This document shows positions 62,670 to 64,000 of a stretch of 64,000 bases of DNA, in pieces; position 1 is the first letter of the stretch; each line of letters starts with the position of its first letter. Below the pieces are notes generated by a model. The model was not told the origin of the DNA. It did not search any database and saw only the letters and a list, made by a program, of their open reading frames with translations. Source of the stretch: Vulcanimicrobiota bacterium (GTDB lineage Bacteria > Vulcanimicrobiota > Vulcanimicrobiia > Vulcanimicrobiales > Vulcanimicrobiaceae); contig CAWAXX010000023.1 in assembly GCA_963786105.1 (NCBI GenBank), positions 1 to 64,000 on the forward strand, read 5' to 3'. The position numbers were made by a program, and so were the translations under genes.

Positions 62670-64000
62670 TCAGACTTCGGCACCCAAACCTGTCGTAGCG
62701 CGCACCTGAAGCTGGTCGAACATTGCCTCGGAAGACCGATCTGGGGCGACCAACGTTCCGACGATCGCACCCAGCAGCCCGATCGGAATCGACACTAGGC
62801 CGGGGTTATCGAGCGGAAAGATTGCGTGCGCTCCCATCGCTACCGGACTGATAGCGATCAGCGCGAGCGATGCGGCCAATCCCGAAATCATACCGGCGAT
62901 GGCGCCGCCCCGCGAAAACCGGCGCCACCACAGCGACAGCAGAATTACCGGAACGTTCGCGCTGGCGGCGACCGCAAATGCCAAACCGACCAGAAATGCG
63001 ACGTTGAAACCACGCAACGCGACCGAAAGCGCGATCGAAAGCGCGCCTACGACCACGGCGGTCGTACGTGCGACGAATAGCTGTTCGGTTTCGTCGCCTC
63101 GCCCGCTGCGTATGAGGTTGAACCAAATGTCGTGGGCGAAGGTGGACGATGCCGTAATCGTCAGACCGGCGACTACGGCGAGGATCGTCGCAAATGCGAC
63201 GGCCGCGACGAAGGCCGTGAGCAGCGGCCCGCCGAGATTGCCCGCCAGCAACGGCGCAGCGAGGTTATTGTTGGTGACCGGCACGATGTAACCGTCCTGC
63301 GCGAGCTGGCCGTTGAGCTGCTGCTGTCCTTCGGGATGATGCGCGATGTACTGAATCGCTTGCCCCGCGTAGAGCCGCTTGCCGATGTGCTCCTGTCCCA
63401 CGATCGTCGCCGCTCCCAAGCCCATGAACGACGTCGTGAGATAGAATGCGCCGACCAACACCATTGCCCATGCAACCGAGACGCGCGCCGCCTTTGCCGA
63501 CGGAACCGTAAAAAACCGCATGAGAATGTGCGGCAAGCCGGCGGTGCCCAACACTAAAGCAAGACCCAGCGAGATGAGATTCCACGCGCCCAGCGGACCG
63601 TGGTACAGCAAACCGGGCTGGAGCAGGTTCGTTACGTTGCCCGAGATGGGAACCGTCGCCGCCGCATTCAAAAACGTCAAGAGCGAGAAGTTGAAGTGTC
63701 CGAGCACCAACAGCGTCAGCAGAAGCGCGGTCATAAGCAGGAGCGCTGCTTTGATGATCTGCACCCACGTGGTCGCGAGCATCCCTCCGAACAACACGTA
63801 CACCAGCATCAACACACCGACGGCGCCGATCGCGACGTAGTCTGGAAATTGCGGCAACAGCAAGTTCACGACCAGGCCACTGCCGACCATTTGGGCGATC
63901 ATGTAAAAGAGGGTGATTACGAGCGTCGAAACGGCGGCAATGGCGCGTACGCCGCGCCCGCGCAGGCGAAACGAGATGAGGTCCGCCATCGTGTACTTGC
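62670..64000 (-). CDS. actP: Cation/acetate symporter (SSS family), 5'-truncated by window edge
   Basis: GGMLATTWVQIIKA, LGTAGLPHILMRFFTVP, AFATILAVVAGL, NVAFLVGLAFAVAASAN. Confidence 0.9.
   Translation of the reverse strand, partial: KYTMADLISFRLRGRGVRAIAAVSTLVITLFYMIAQMVGSGLVVNLLLPQFPDYVAIGAVGVLMLVYVLFGGMLATTWVQIIKAALLLMTALLLTLLVLGHFNFSLLTFLNAAATVPISGNVTNLLQPGLLYHGPLGAWNLISLGLALVLGTAGLPHILMRFFTVPSAKAARVSVAWAMVLVGAFYLTTSFMGLGAATIVGQEHIGKRLYAGQAIQYIAHHPEGQQQLNGQLAQDGYIVPVTNNNLAAPLLAGNLGGPLLTAFVAAVAFATILAVVAGLTITASSTFAHDIWFNLIRSGRGDETEQLFVARTTAVVVGALSIALSVALRGFNVAFLVGLAFAVAASANVPVILLSLWWRRFSRGGAIAGMISGLAASLALIAISPVAMGAHAIFPLDNPGLVSIPIGLLGAIVGTLVAPDRSSEAMFDQLQVRATTGLGAEV

Overview
High-GC bacterial chromosomal window, mostly housekeeping and metabolic genes. 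The gene repertoire suggests a soil Terrabacteria lineage such as Eremiobacterota, but this is inference only. Many genes are broken by 1-bp indels, densest at about 0.6-4 kb and 51.3-52.1 kb, which looks like long-read assembly error rather than true pseudogenisation. Contents in order: SDR, M1 aminopeptidase, dacB, tldD/pmbA, malic enzyme, two regulators, a type III PKS plus methyltransferase pair, an ABC transporter, trxB, pepP, a YtpB-like terpene cyclase, glcDE, namZ, mqnD-mqnB-queE-queD, a 2-oxoacid dehydrogenase cluster with two tandem E1-alpha paralogs, ETF-QO, thiO-thiS-thiG, an RCK channel lacking the GYG filter, bcp, pyrE, an EF-G2-like factor and actP. No mobile element, CRISPR array, rRNA or tRNA was recognised. 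The best candidate for an undescribed system is at 56.4-59.8 kb. An ECF sigma factor overlaps a gene fusing a zinc-finger anti-sigma (HxxxCxxC) domain to an intact O6-alkylguanine alkyltransferase (PCHR). It is followed by a PHP-domain protein with a histone-H1-like tail and preceded by a structured, terminator-ending intergenic element. This could be an alkylation-damage-sensing sigma/anti-sigma switch functionally analogous to Ada.
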